From the NCBI GenBank assembly GCA_951406725.2, contig OX597825.1:73842001-73906000 (forward strand): a DNA stretch of 64,000 nt. The letters are read 5' to 3'. The number at the start of each line of letters is the position of its first letter. Positions within the stretch are counted from its first letter, which is position 1. The notes below the pieces were generated by a model that did no database searches, was not told the origin of the DNA, and saw nothing but the letters and a program-made list of their open reading frames with translations. The translations under genes were made by a program, and so were the position numbers. The DNA is from Octopus vulgaris (Eukaryota). Shown in pieces: positions 13,157 to 24,762 of this stretch.

Positions 13157-13588
13157 GTATTTGTGTGTGTGTATGTAAATGTATATCAGAATCAGCTGAG
13201 AACAGCCAGCACCAACACCACCCACTGAATCGAGAAAGAGCGATCGATCTGTTACTCCTACAGGTGTTCGGACTGGGTTAATTTTTCCGTATTGAGACAA
13301 ATTAATTAGCAGGCTTCACTCCTGCTTATACCCATCGGTCAAAATTTTAAGTTTCCGATTTGAGTTTCTGTTTTGTAATCGTGCTCTCGGCACCGACCCA
13401 GGAACGGACTATAGTTTCCTACCGAGTCATCGAAGAGAGATCTAGCAGAGCGCCAGTCGGTATCCTTTACGGTACCTGATCGTCTTCGAACTTCCGATTT
13501 TCGCTCTTGATTGAGGGAAACGTTTTTGCCCCACACTGTCGCTGTAGTGCATCCTACGACGACCAAGAATTTTACCTCTTAAGACGCA

Positions 13589-13987
13589 ACTCTTTTACTT
13601 GTTTCAGTCATTTGACTGCGGCCATGCTGGAGCACCGCCTTTAGTCGAGCAAATCGACCCCGGGACTTATTCTTTGTAAGCCTAGTACTTATTCTATCGT
13701 CTCTTTTGCCGAACCGCTAAGTTACGGGGACGTAAACACACCAGCATCGGCTGTCAAGCGATGTTGGGGGGGCAAACACAGACACACAAACGCACACACA
13801 CATATATACATATACATATATACTATGGGCTTCTTTCAGTTTCCATCTACCAAATCCACTCACAAAGCTTTGGTCGGCCCGAGGCTATAGTAGAAGACAC
13901 TTTCCCAAGGTGCCACGCAGTAGGACTGAACCCGGAACAATGTGGTTGGTAAGCAAGCTAATTACCACACAGCCACTCCTGCGCCTA
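13589..13987 (-). mobile_element. SINE family D, full length, with internal microsatellite
   Basis: Minus strand AGGCGCAGGAGTGGCTGTGTGGTAA...CCGGGTTCAGTCC (tRNA-like head), CORE-like CCTTGGGAAAGTGTCTT, (TA)/(TG) spacer, tail ...GAAACAAGTAAAAGAGT. Confidence 0.92.
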
Positions 13988-14067
13988 CGCAGCAATATAT
14001 ATCGTTTTGGAATTCTATTTGCAACATTCTTCGTGTGAATTCGTGTGTTGAAGCATATTTTTTGTGC

Positions 14068-14292
14068 CTGGGGAAAGTCATTCTCTTTTAGTGCGTTATT
14101 ATTTAACACACGCACTGGTTCAATTTCCATACATTTACTTATTTATTTTTTCGAAAAGTTTCATTGCGTTTTATTGAAAAGGTTGTAAGACGCAACAAAA
14201 ATTTTAGAAAAAAATAAATAAGTAAATGGGAGAAAACTGAACCGGTGAATGTGTTAAATAATAAGGCCTCAAAAGAGAATGACTCTCCTCAG
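14068..14292. repeat. ~100-bp imperfect inverted repeat with ~10-nt loop
   Basis: AGTCATTCTCTTTT...TTATTATTTAACACA...CATTTACTTATTTATTTTTTC (14076-14174) pairs with 14185-14284. Confidence 0.9.
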
Positions 14293-14310
14293 ACGCAATA
14301 ATATATATGT

Positions 14311-14365
<55 letters not shown>

Positions 14366-14394
14366 TGCGTGCACGTGTGTGTGTGTGTGTGTCT

Positions 14395-14538
14395 ATTTAT
14401 TTCCTCTCATTCCTTACTGTCGAAGAGCGTAGGCTCGAAACGTAAAAGACTTTTCCATTTCCCCCGAGCGTCAAACTAATACACTTGCTTGTTGTTCCCT
14501 CACTTATCTTGTCTTCGTCTTTTGTTTCTATAGATTTC

Positions 14539-14543
<5 letters not shown>
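14395..14543 (+). mobile_element. P1 element with variant HHR core
   Basis: CTGTCGA-A-GAGC-GTAG-GCTC-GAAAC-GTA-AAAGA at 14417-14449; shared 3' segment; ends at (TA)n. Confidence 0.7.
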
Positions 14544-14578
<35 letters not shown>

Positions 14579-14739
14579 GCACACACACACCTTCGAAACG
14601 TAGAGTAGATGAAACCATAGCGACTGAAGAAGGGTTTTTTTCTTTGTGTTAATTGTCCTGTACTCATATATGCGTGTATATGTACATGTAGAGGTAGGTA
14701 CGTACATATATGTTTATATATATGCATATGTTTTATTTA

Positions 14740-14773
<34 letters not shown>

Positions 14774-15349
14774 TACATGTTTATATATATGCATATATAC
14801 ATAAATGTGTATACGCACATACACACATAATATAATAAGATCATTAAATTTATCACAGTAAGACGCACTTGGTTAGTCTCTGGCATAAACACAGTTTGTA
14901 TACAAAATACAGATGGCTCGATAATTGATCAATACAATTTATCAATCAACGCATCAAATACGATATTAGACAGAAAACTCTGACAGGATTACGGCAGACT
15001 ATTTTAAACTTAGGCTAGAAGACATTTGGGATGTTATGTTTAACGTACCCGATAAACACTTGAAACAGCTGTAGTGCAGGTCTACTGCTTCCATCACTTT
15101 ATTTATAGATTTGATTATCGCCTCATAAGTAATATTTGTTGCTTTCGAAATGGAATTGTATAGCACCTGTTATGTTATTGGAATTTTTTTGCTCTAAACT
15201 AGATATTGGACGAATTGTATGAGATGCGTTGTTTAATAAATTTTATCGATCAATTATCGAATCATCTGCAATTTCTATACAGGACATGTTTATGTTAGAA
15301 ACTAACCAAATGTGTTCTACCACGACCACTCGATTAATCCAATTACATT

Positions 15350-15350
<1 letters not shown>

Positions 15351-15434
<84 letters not shown>

Positions 15435-15459
15435 CATCCATCCATCCATTTATCCATCC

Positions 15460-15538
<79 letters not shown>

Positions 15539-15555
15539 CATCCATCCATTTATCC

Positions 15556-15591
<36 letters not shown>

Positions 15592-15603
15592 CCATCCATA
15601 TCC

Positions 15604-15650
<47 letters not shown>

Positions 15651-15661
15651 CATCCATCCAT

Positions 15662-15738
<77 letters not shown>

Positions 15739-15751
15739 CATCCATTTATCC

Positions 15752-15833
<82 letters not shown>

Positions 15834-15967
15834 TTATCTATATATTTATCTATCTATCTATCTATCTATTTCTCTTCCTTCGTTTCTTTTCCTTTTTTTC
15901 TTTTTTTCTTTTTTCCCTTTTACGATCCTACGCCACCTTTTTTTTTTTCATCTCCCAAAAGAAACTG

Positions 15968-16053
<86 letters not shown>
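15351..16053. repeat. (CTAT)n/(CCAT)n microsatellite
   Basis: Direct reading; source of the IYLS-repeat ORF. Confidence 0.97.
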
Positions 16054-16054
<1 letters not shown>

Positions 16055-16270
16055 AAGGCGAATGTCACCGCGAGCGTCGCTTTGGTCTCTGTGTACCTGT
16101 TCAGATAACGTCGATTTCATGGTGGCACATCAACATTGGTGAAATTGAGGCCGATGTTCACTCTGGTTACATTCACAGGGATTCATGATAAAGATTCACG
16201 TGTAAGAAGTTCCATTTGGAAGTTCTTGGGGAAGAAGGATTCGGTCAGTGTCTAAATAGGGCATTGTGTG

Positions 16271-16575
16271 AAGGTGCACATAGCTCAATGGTTACAGCAT
16301 CGGACTCAGAATCATGAGGTAGTGAGTTCGATTCATGGACCGGGGTGTGTGTTTTGTTCTTGAGCAAGACACTTTGAGTTGTGACATCACTGGTGCCCAG
16401 CTGTATTGACCTTTGCCTTCCCCGTGGATAACACCGGTGGTGTGGAGAGGAGAGGCTAGTATGCATGGGCGACTGCTGGTCTTCTATAAACAACCTTGCC
16501 TCCTGGACTTGTGCCTCGGGGGTGGGGAGCTTTCTAGGTGCAACTCCATTGTCATTCATGACCGAAGGGTGTCGT
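16271..16575 (+). mobile_element. SINE family C, near full length
   Basis: TAGCTCAATGGTTA ... GAGTTCGATTC ... TTCTTGAGCAAGACACTTT ... TATGCATGGGCGACTGCTGG ... TCATGACCGAAGGG. Confidence 0.87.
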
Positions 16576-16648
16576 TACCGTTTAAAATATAGGGTATTGC
16601 GTAAAGTAAATTTTAATAAGCTTGGAGGATGGTGTGAATAGTGAGAAG

Positions 16649-16830
16649 GTAGTAGTAGTAGTGGCAGTGGTGATTGTAGTCTCTGTAGTAGTATTAGTAT
16701 TAGCAATAGGAGTGTAGTAGTAGTAGTAGCAATAGCAGTAGTGGTCGTAGTAGTTATAGTAGTAGCTGTTGTAGCAGTGGTGATAGTTGTTGCTGTAGTA
16801 GTATTAATATTAGCAATAGTAGTGTAGCAA

Positions 16831-16869
<39 letters not shown>

Positions 16870-16943
16870 CAGTAGTAGTAGTTGCTGTTGTAGTAGTAGT
16901 AGTTGTAGTAGTAGTAGTAGTAGTAGTTATAGAAGCAGCAGTT

Positions 16944-16977
<34 letters not shown>

Positions 16978-16984
16978 TAGTAGT
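16649..16984. repeat. Degenerate (AGT)n/(AGC)n
   Basis: Direct reading of the sequence. Confidence 0.9.
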
Positions 16985-17820
16985 TTAGTCCCAGGGCAGG
17001 TCGTTAATAATCGAGCAGGGCGATAGTCATCGGTGTTCCACCTGTGAGTATGCAATGTGCTTATATATTTGAAGGGCCCCATTTTCCCATACTTCGCTTG
17101 TTTTTATAAGGCAAGCAGAAAGTGATTTTATAGAAATACGGCTGTAATTTCTCAAAAGCCAGGAGGCACAACCAGGCTCTCTCCAATAATATGTTCTTGG
17201 GTGGTTTCTTTTCATCATCTCCCCAAAACATTGGCCAATTTAAATATAATTACTCTTCCTAACTTTGGAGCAAGGTTAATAATTTTCAAAAAGAGGAAGC
17301 TGTTCGATTACATCAAACCCCCATACGTAACTTGCACTTTAACTTTATCGACATCGGTGGCATGAAAGGTGGAGTTTACATCAGCGGGATTCGAACTCAA
17401 AACGTAAGGAGTCGAAAGGAAATACGGCTAATGAAACACGTGTCAATGAATCTGTAGAAAACGTCTGACAAGCAAACATCTTTAGAGTGCTTTGTTAACC
17501 GTATTTCGTTTCTAGATTTAATTTCCGTCGGCATTGAGTTTATTAAAATTCAATGATTGATACAGTCTGACCCTGTGGTCCGGATACCTCAGATTAAATT
17601 ATACATATTTCTGTACTTGTGTGTGTGTGTGTGTGTGTGTAAGTATATCTATAATGTACATACACATATAATGCATATGTGTGTGTAGGTTCGTATTTGA
17701 ATATATATATATATGTATACAAATATGTGTGTGTGTGTGTGTGTATGTGTGTGTAGTTATGTATGTATATTTATAAATGTACGCATATGTGTGTGTAGGT
17801 ATGTATTCGAATATATATAT

Positions 17821-17992
17821 ATTGGCGACTTTTTCCTGTCTTCCCTTCTCTGGATCTTTCCTTCTCCTATGTTTCCGACGAAGACCTCCGCTCGAAACGT
17901 TAAACCCTCCTTCTTTCCTGAGCGTCCAATAATACTATATTTGTTCCACGTCCTCGCGTTGTGTTTTTTTGTGCTTTCATGTTTGGATTAAC
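17821..17992 (+). mobile_element. Short PLE-derived element P2 with minimal HHR motif (17871-17905)
   Basis: GTTT-CCGACGA-A-GACC-TCC-GCTC-GAAAC-GTT-AAAC. Colinear with 23298 and 26330 (both minus). Flanked by (TA)n. Confidence 0.75.
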
Positions 17993-18189
17993 TATATATA
18001 TATATATATATATATACAAATATGTGTGTGTGATGTATGTGTGTGTGTGTGTGTTTATATATATATCTTATCTTTTACTCGTTTCAGTCATTTTGATAAT
18101 GACCATACTGGAGCACCACCTTTTAGTCGAAGAAGTCGACCCCTCGAATAATTCACCTGGATCCCCTAGGTTATGTTAGCAGACGCGAT

Positions 18190-19125
18190 AATGGCTCCCA
18201 TATCAATTAAATGAAGCTAACCTCGTCCACAGGATGTGTATCTACCATTTGTTTCAGAAACGTGAAGACAAAAGATCCTTTATTTGAAGATGATGGGGAG
18301 AGGGGGGACGGTTTATTGAATCATCTAGAACAATGTGAAGCGCAGACAATTATGGGGGAACTGCCACAAACATAAGGTTATGCTTTCAATGTGGTGGGAT
18401 TAGAAGTGTGTTGTGTTTTTACGAGTTTCCCCTCACCAGAAGGACAATAATTTCGAATGTGAACTGTAACCTATTTCTTTACTACCCACAAGGGGCTAAA
18501 CACAGAGAGGACAAACAAGGACAGACAAAGAGATTAAGTCGATTATATCGACCCCAGTGCGTAACTGGTACTTAATTTATCGACCCCGAAAGGCAAAGTC
18601 GACCTCGGCGGAATTTGAACTCAGAACGTAACGGCAGACGAAATACCGCTAAGTATTTCGCCCGGCGTGCTAACTATTCTGCCAGTTCGCCGCCTTCCTG
18701 GCAAATTAAACGCAGTGATCCGCCTGAGGTGTCCAGCTCTTGCTAATCTCAAGAGTATTGTGTTTTTCCATGACAATGCTAAACCGCACATTTATTTGCA
18801 CATGCAACAGAAATCACTGAGGCTTGGCTGGGAAGTTTGGCTGCACCCTCCATATTCGCCCGACCTTGTGCCTACAGATTTCCACCTGCTTCGGTCTCCT
18901 AAAATTCATTGAGTGAACAGATCTTCAAACCTAAATTGGATGTAAAAATTCACCTGGGGCTGGGGGGAGAATTTTTGCTACTAAAAGTAAGGAATTCTTT
19001 GAGCAGGGATAAATGAACCTGCCTTCAAGATGGCGAGACGATACTGCAAATCAATCGCTTCGTGGTCAAAACTTGTATCGTATTTTGGCTTAAAAAATTG
19101 AATGGACTTTTTGGCCAATCCAGTA
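18190..19125 (+). pseudogene. Decayed mariner transposase (interrupted by SINE A)
   Basis: KVMLSMWWD*KCVV, FFHDNAKPH and LGWEVWLHPPYSPDLVPTDFHL (ORF 18667-18912) are mariner DD34D motifs. TIR-like end near 19095-19125. Confidence 0.9.
18470..18697 (-). mobile_element. Young SINE A monomer inside mariner
   Basis: Matches A consensus from the AAGGCGGCGAAC head to GTAGTAAAGAAATAGG. Confidence 0.92.
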
Positions 19126-19319
19126 TACATATTCATAATTTATTATATATTATATATGAATGTTTGTATGTATGTATCTATGTATATATGTGTGTGTGTG
19201 TGCATTTATATATAGACTTGCACGTGCGTTCACATACACACTCACAACATACACACAGACATAACAAAATAAACAATTTCGCTTAACACTAAGTGCTTTC
19301 TAGATATCTGCCTGGATTT

Positions 19320-19359
<40 letters not shown>

Positions 19360-19649
19360 CACACGCATCTATACATACTCACACCCCGTGCGCACTCATG
19401 TATGTAGATGCCTATATCACCAGTATTAGAGGCTTATATATGTTGCAGCAGACGAATACTTGGCATAGAAATAGCAGAGTTAATAGGCAGCCGAGTTCGC
19501 TTGCTTATTCGGCATTTATTCCTTTAATCTCTTGCTTCTGATTTCAAATTCTACCGGTGTTTACAACGAAATAGGAATGGCTACAATCAACCTTGACATA
19601 TTTCTTCAATGATGTATGTACAAGTATCACATCCTTCGTGTATCTTACG

Positions 19650-19729
<80 letters not shown>

Positions 19730-19788
19730 CATACATACATGTGTATATAGAGTGATAGATTCATACAGAAATATATATATAAATATAT

Positions 19789-20201
19789 TATTTCTTTATT
19801 GCCCACAAGGGGCTAAACATAGAGGGGACAAACAAGGACAGACAGAGGGATTAAGTCGATTACATCGACCCCAGTGCGTAACTGGTACTTAATTTATCGG
19901 CCCCGAAAGGATGAAAGGCAAAGTCGACCTCGGCGGAATTTGAACTCAGAACGTAACGGCAGACGAAATACCTATTTCTTTACTACCCACAAGGGGCTAA
20001 ACACAGAGAAGACAAACAAGGACAGACAGACGGATTAAGTCGATTACATCGACCCCAGTGCGTAACAGGTACTTATTTAATCGACCCCAAAAGGATGAAA
20101 GGCAAAGTCGACCTCGGCGGAATTTGAACTCAGAACCTAACGGCAGACGAAATACGGCTAAAGATTTCGCCCGGCGTGCTAACGTTTCTGGCAGCTCGCC
20201 T
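19789..20201 (-). mobile_element. SINE A dimer (one head + 2 units)
   Basis: Two ~184-bp units joined at GAAATAC|CTATTTC (19971/19972); single head. Confidence 0.95.
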
Positions 20202-20205
20202 TATT

Positions 20206-20334
<129 letters not shown>

Positions 20335-20712
20335 GTCCAGTCACTTTCTCGTTTCTCTGCGTTTCTCTCAATTTACAGGCTCTCAAAGCAAGTTAACTCA
20401 GATTAGCAAGAAACTATTTACCTCTACCATGGTATTGAACAAACTTTTGTCTGATCGCTAACAGACCACCCACATTCACACAGACAGACAGACAGACACG
20501 CACACACACACGCACTCATATTATTATTATTATTATTATTATTATTTGAAATAGTTTCATTCGGCTCCGTGCGACTTAATGTTTCGCAGGTTTCTAACAA
20601 GAACCCAGCTCATTCAAGTTCATATTACTGAATGAAGATACAAAAAAGTTCAAGATGACAATGTAACTCCTACTAAACTTATTATCTTTTTCCTTCGTTT
20701 GTCCACTTCCTC

Positions 20713-20763
<51 letters not shown>

Positions 20764-20790
20764 TGGAGTTAAACGCAGGTGTTCTTCAAA

Positions 20791-20897
20791 TTATTTTACT
20801 TTCGACACATGTTTCGAAGACAACATTGGTATTGTTACAAAGGAATAAAATGGTGTAAAACAATGTAGTCTTCTCTTCGGGAAAAGAAAGAAATAAA
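20791..20897 (-). ncRNA. Well-formed type I hammerhead ribozyme candidate
   Basis: Minus strand TTTTC-CCGAAGA-GAAGAC.ACATTG...CAATGT.GTCTTC-GAAAC-ATGT-GTC-GAAAG. Stems I, II and III all pair; core has U4>C. Confidence 0.72.
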
Positions 20898-21684
20898 CCA
20901 AGCTCATCAATAAGACATCTATGTATGTTTGCATGTATGTACGTACATATGCATGCATGCATGTATGTATGTATTATACATTATTAATAATTTGAATAGT
21001 CATATAGACACGCAAACTAGCTATGAGAAATTATAAATTCTTTTCTACTGGAAAATAATTTTTACTCAAAAAAATTTTGTTTTTGTCAAAAATTGACATT
21101 TTTTTTAATACCTCGATGCTTTTTATACCGAATACACATTGTCCACAGAATATCCAAAAATATACCAATGATTCCATTATATTTGGTTGATACTAAAATT
21201 TAGTCATTTATCTCGGGTGTGTCGCATTAAATGCTTTCGAATATATACGTTAACGTAATATTACAGATATTAATATGATAATGAAACAAATTTCTTTTCA
21301 ATTTTAATAAATGTACCAAGATTTGGCTGATTGCCAAAACTCTTTCATATTAAAATTTTCCGAATCTTTATCGTAATGTAATATAATAGATTCTCGTATG
21401 GAAGATGGATTAATCTATCGAGATATGTTTAAATTTCTGATATGAATATGAATGTATGAGAGTTTGTATGGCGTATATATGTAGATACGTATGTGACGAT
21501 GTATGCCTGCAGTTATATATGTATAAGCATATGTATATGTCTGTGTATATATGCTTGTATATATATATATATACGCATATACATACATGCACACAAACGT
21601 ACAGTGCACGCGCACACACTCACATATACATATCCGTTTATTGTTGACTGTTGGAAAATAGAATATTTAGTAGCTTAATAGTGA

Positions 21685-21702
21685 ATAATAATAATAATAA
21701 TG

Positions 21703-21763
<61 letters not shown>

Positions 21764-21765
21764 TG

Positions 21766-21832
<67 letters not shown>

Positions 21833-21835
21833 TAA
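21685..21835. repeat. (AAT)n microsatellite
   Basis: Direct reading of the sequence. Confidence 0.97.
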
Positions 21836-21956
21836 TTTTATTTCGCTCGAGTCAGTCTCTTGTTACTCTGGAGTTTCGCCTCTGTACTAACACGGTCATC
21901 AGGCAGTCACAGGCCAAACTCCTCACTTGAACAAAACAAAAATTACACCCACACAA

Positions 21957-22032
<76 letters not shown>

Positions 22033-22364
22033 ACACATGCACAGACAAGTAACAGTTATATATATGCAATCTGACGTTTGTTTTTATGTGAAGTTACATA
22101 TGAAAATTTAACCTTCAGCTAAAGGGTTTTTCAGTATTTTTAGTAGAACGCATATTTATCAATTTTTAAAAGGAAATGATTGACAGTGACTCCGAAGTTT
22201 ATATATGTAATCTTTTGCTTGCAGCTAATCTAGCAACATAAAATTTATCCGATAGACAGGACGATATCTATCAAAATTTTTATTTGAAATAAGAGGGTAT
22301 ATGCAAAATATATAATACAGAGGGTAAAATGGATTCTCCCGTGATCTACGATTTTTTTTCTTTT

Positions 22365-22760
22365 CAGACGCACGTATGGCTGTGTTGGAAGCTCACCTTT
22401 TAACCATGTACTTTTGGATTTGGTCTCACAATATGGCAAGTTCAGCAAGTGACTTCTACATTCCAGCATCGACCAAAATCTCGCAGGTAAATATTGTTAG
22501 GCGGAAACTGTGTTGAAACCCGTCATATGTATACATATATCTGCGTGTGAGTTGTATTTGTGCTGCACGCCACACCGCTGGACAACCATTGCTGGTTAGT
22601 TTCAGTCTCTATAACTTAGCAGTCCGACAAAAGAACCGATAGAATAAGTACTAAACTTTAAAAAGATATGTATTGAACGCAATTTGTTCGACTAAAACAC
22701 CAAAAGCTGTGCCCCAGCATGGCCGCAGTCTGGTGAGTCAAACAACTAAAAGAAAAAGAT
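22365..22760 (+). mobile_element. Degraded SINE family D
   Basis: ATGGCTGTG ... GGAAACTG ... CCGATAGAATAAGTACT ... CCAGCATGGCCGCAGTC. Confidence 0.75.
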
Positions 22761-23020
22761 AATATATGTTGGTATGAGAAGACAGACAAAATGGCAGAAA
22801 ATAGAGAAACAGGCAGAGGATGATTATAGAGGTTTTGAAATATTTTTTCCTCCGTTGTTATCTCATCAACTGAAACAGTATGGTGGATTTCTGTCATTGC
22901 TTGAAGAACCAATTACGTTAAAGCATGTAATTATAGTATGACTGGAGGATGTTTCGGCTTTCGAACAAATGTTTTACATACATACATACATATATACATA
23001 CTTACATACATACAAACATT

Positions 23021-23059
<39 letters not shown>

Positions 23060-23121
23060 ATAAGAAATTAATTGTGTAAAGGTCAATACGAAGTGTACTG
23101 CATCCAATGAGAGTTCAATAG

Positions 23122-23277
23122 TATTAAACGTTTCGACTACATGTACTTATAACGCTATTAATAGTTTGCCATACAAGCGAATGTTCGTCAGGCGCCAATC
23201 GCGACTGGCGCCTGATGTACGCATGTACTGGAAACTATTAGTGGCGCGATAAGTGCATGTAGTTGAAACGTTTAGTA
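23122..23277. repeat. 156-bp imperfect palindrome; each arm carries HHR-like CTGAnG...GAAACGTT motifs
   Basis: Centre TCG|CGA at 23201/23202; arms pair over ~75 bp. Confidence 0.88.
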
Positions 23278-23297
23278 ATATATATATATATATATAT

Positions 23298-23490
23298 AGT
23301 TAATCCAAACAAGAAAACACAGAAAAAAAGAGAGAAAAAAAGGGGAAAAACACAGCAACGCACGACGTGGAACAATTAAAGTATTATTGACGCTCAGGAA
23401 AGAAGGGAAGGAGGGTTAAACGTTTCGAGCGGAGCTCTTCGTCGGAAACAAGGAGAAGGAAAGATCCCAAGGAGGGGAGACAGAGGAGAC
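23298..23490 (-). mobile_element. P2 element with HHR motif (23415-23449)
   Basis: Minus strand GTTT-CCGACGA-A-GAGC-TCC-GCTC-GAAAC-GTT-TAAC; abuts (TA)n. Confidence 0.75.
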
Positions 23491-23685
23491 AATATTTGAG
23501 CTGGTGGTGCTTAAGAGATCACATGTTGAAAAGAACAGAATTTGGAGGTAGTTGAAAAATGGTTTTATAATGCAAGAGAGTTCCAAAAAAAGGGAATGCC
23601 TGTGTGTGTGTGTGTGTGTGTGTGTGCAAGATGACAAGTGTGTTTGTGCGTGCGTGTGTGTGTGTGTGTGTATTTTTGGTGAATA

Positions 23686-23728
<43 letters not shown>

Positions 23729-24192
23729 CACTCGTGTATACAGAATATTTAGTTGTACATTTCCCTCCTGTGATTCACCAGAAGTGGTGCTGAGACAATT
23801 ATGCCTGTCCTTATATTGTACAAAGAGAAGACAGCGTGAAATGGAAGTAACATGGATCCTTATAAAGTTTATTTTGCTGGGGAGATAGTTCCTTCGTATT
23901 CGGAAAAATTGGAATCCAGTTTGTTAAAATTTGACAAAAAGAATACATACATGCATATATACATAAACGCATACACACACACACATACATGTACACACAA
24001 ATGCACACTTACACAGACTCGCGTGTATATATAAGTAAGAAATTTTTATTTATCTGTGTAAAAATTAGTATAGATAACAATTATTCTTGCATAAATAATA
24101 TTTATTGTACACCATATTAAAAATATACTTTGTAAATTACTTTTGTTAAATGATGTCCCTTCTATTCTTCTGTAAGTATAAATGCATATAAA

Positions 24193-24762
24193 GATTTTTT
24201 TTCTACTCTAGGGACAAAGCCCGAAATTTTGGGGAGGTCCAGGCGATGAGATCAACCCCTGTACGCAACTGGGACTTCATTTATCGACCTCGAAAGGATG
24301 AAAGGCAAAGTCGATCTCGGCAAAATTCGAACTTAGAACATAAAGACATACGAAATACTTATTTCTTTACTACCCACAATGGGCTAAACACAGAAGGGAC
24401 AAACAAGGACAGACAAACGGATTAAGTCTATTATATAGACCCCAGTGCGTAAATAGTACTTATTTAATAGACCCCGAAAGGATGAAAGACAAAGTCGACT
24501 TCGGCAGAATTTGAACTCAGAACGTAACGGCAGACGAGATACCTATTTCTTTACTATCCACAAGGGGCTAAACACAGAGAGAACAAAGGGATTAAGTTGA
24601 TTACATCGACCCCAGTGCGTAACTGGTACTTATTTAATCGACCCCGAAAGGATGAAAGGCAAAGTCGATCTCTGTGGAATTTGAACTCAGAACGTAACGG
24701 CAGACGAAATACTGCTAAGCATTTCTCCCGGCGTGCTAACTTTTCTGCCAGCTCACCGCCTT
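24193..24762 (-). mobile_element. SINE A trimer (last unit has the old-type tail)
   Basis: Junctions near 24359 and 24543; possible TSD A(A/G)ATGCAT(A/G)TAAA at 24180 and 24763. Confidence 0.92.

Noticed and set aside
14589-14635. Circularly permuted HHR (GAAACGTA ... CTGAAGAAGG)
   Set aside because: Stem I cannot pair (GAGT versus GCGA); treated as a truncated fragment.
15229-16188. 319-aa ORF, the longest in the track
   Set aside because: Open only because (CTAT)n lacks stops in this frame.
16105-16201. Candidate exon between CTGTTCAG and GTAAGA
   Set aside because: Stops in all three frames.
19972-20155. Hammerhead inside the SINE A tandem unit
   Set aside because: No CUGAnGA...GAAA core on either strand by eye; other ribozyme classes were not excluded.
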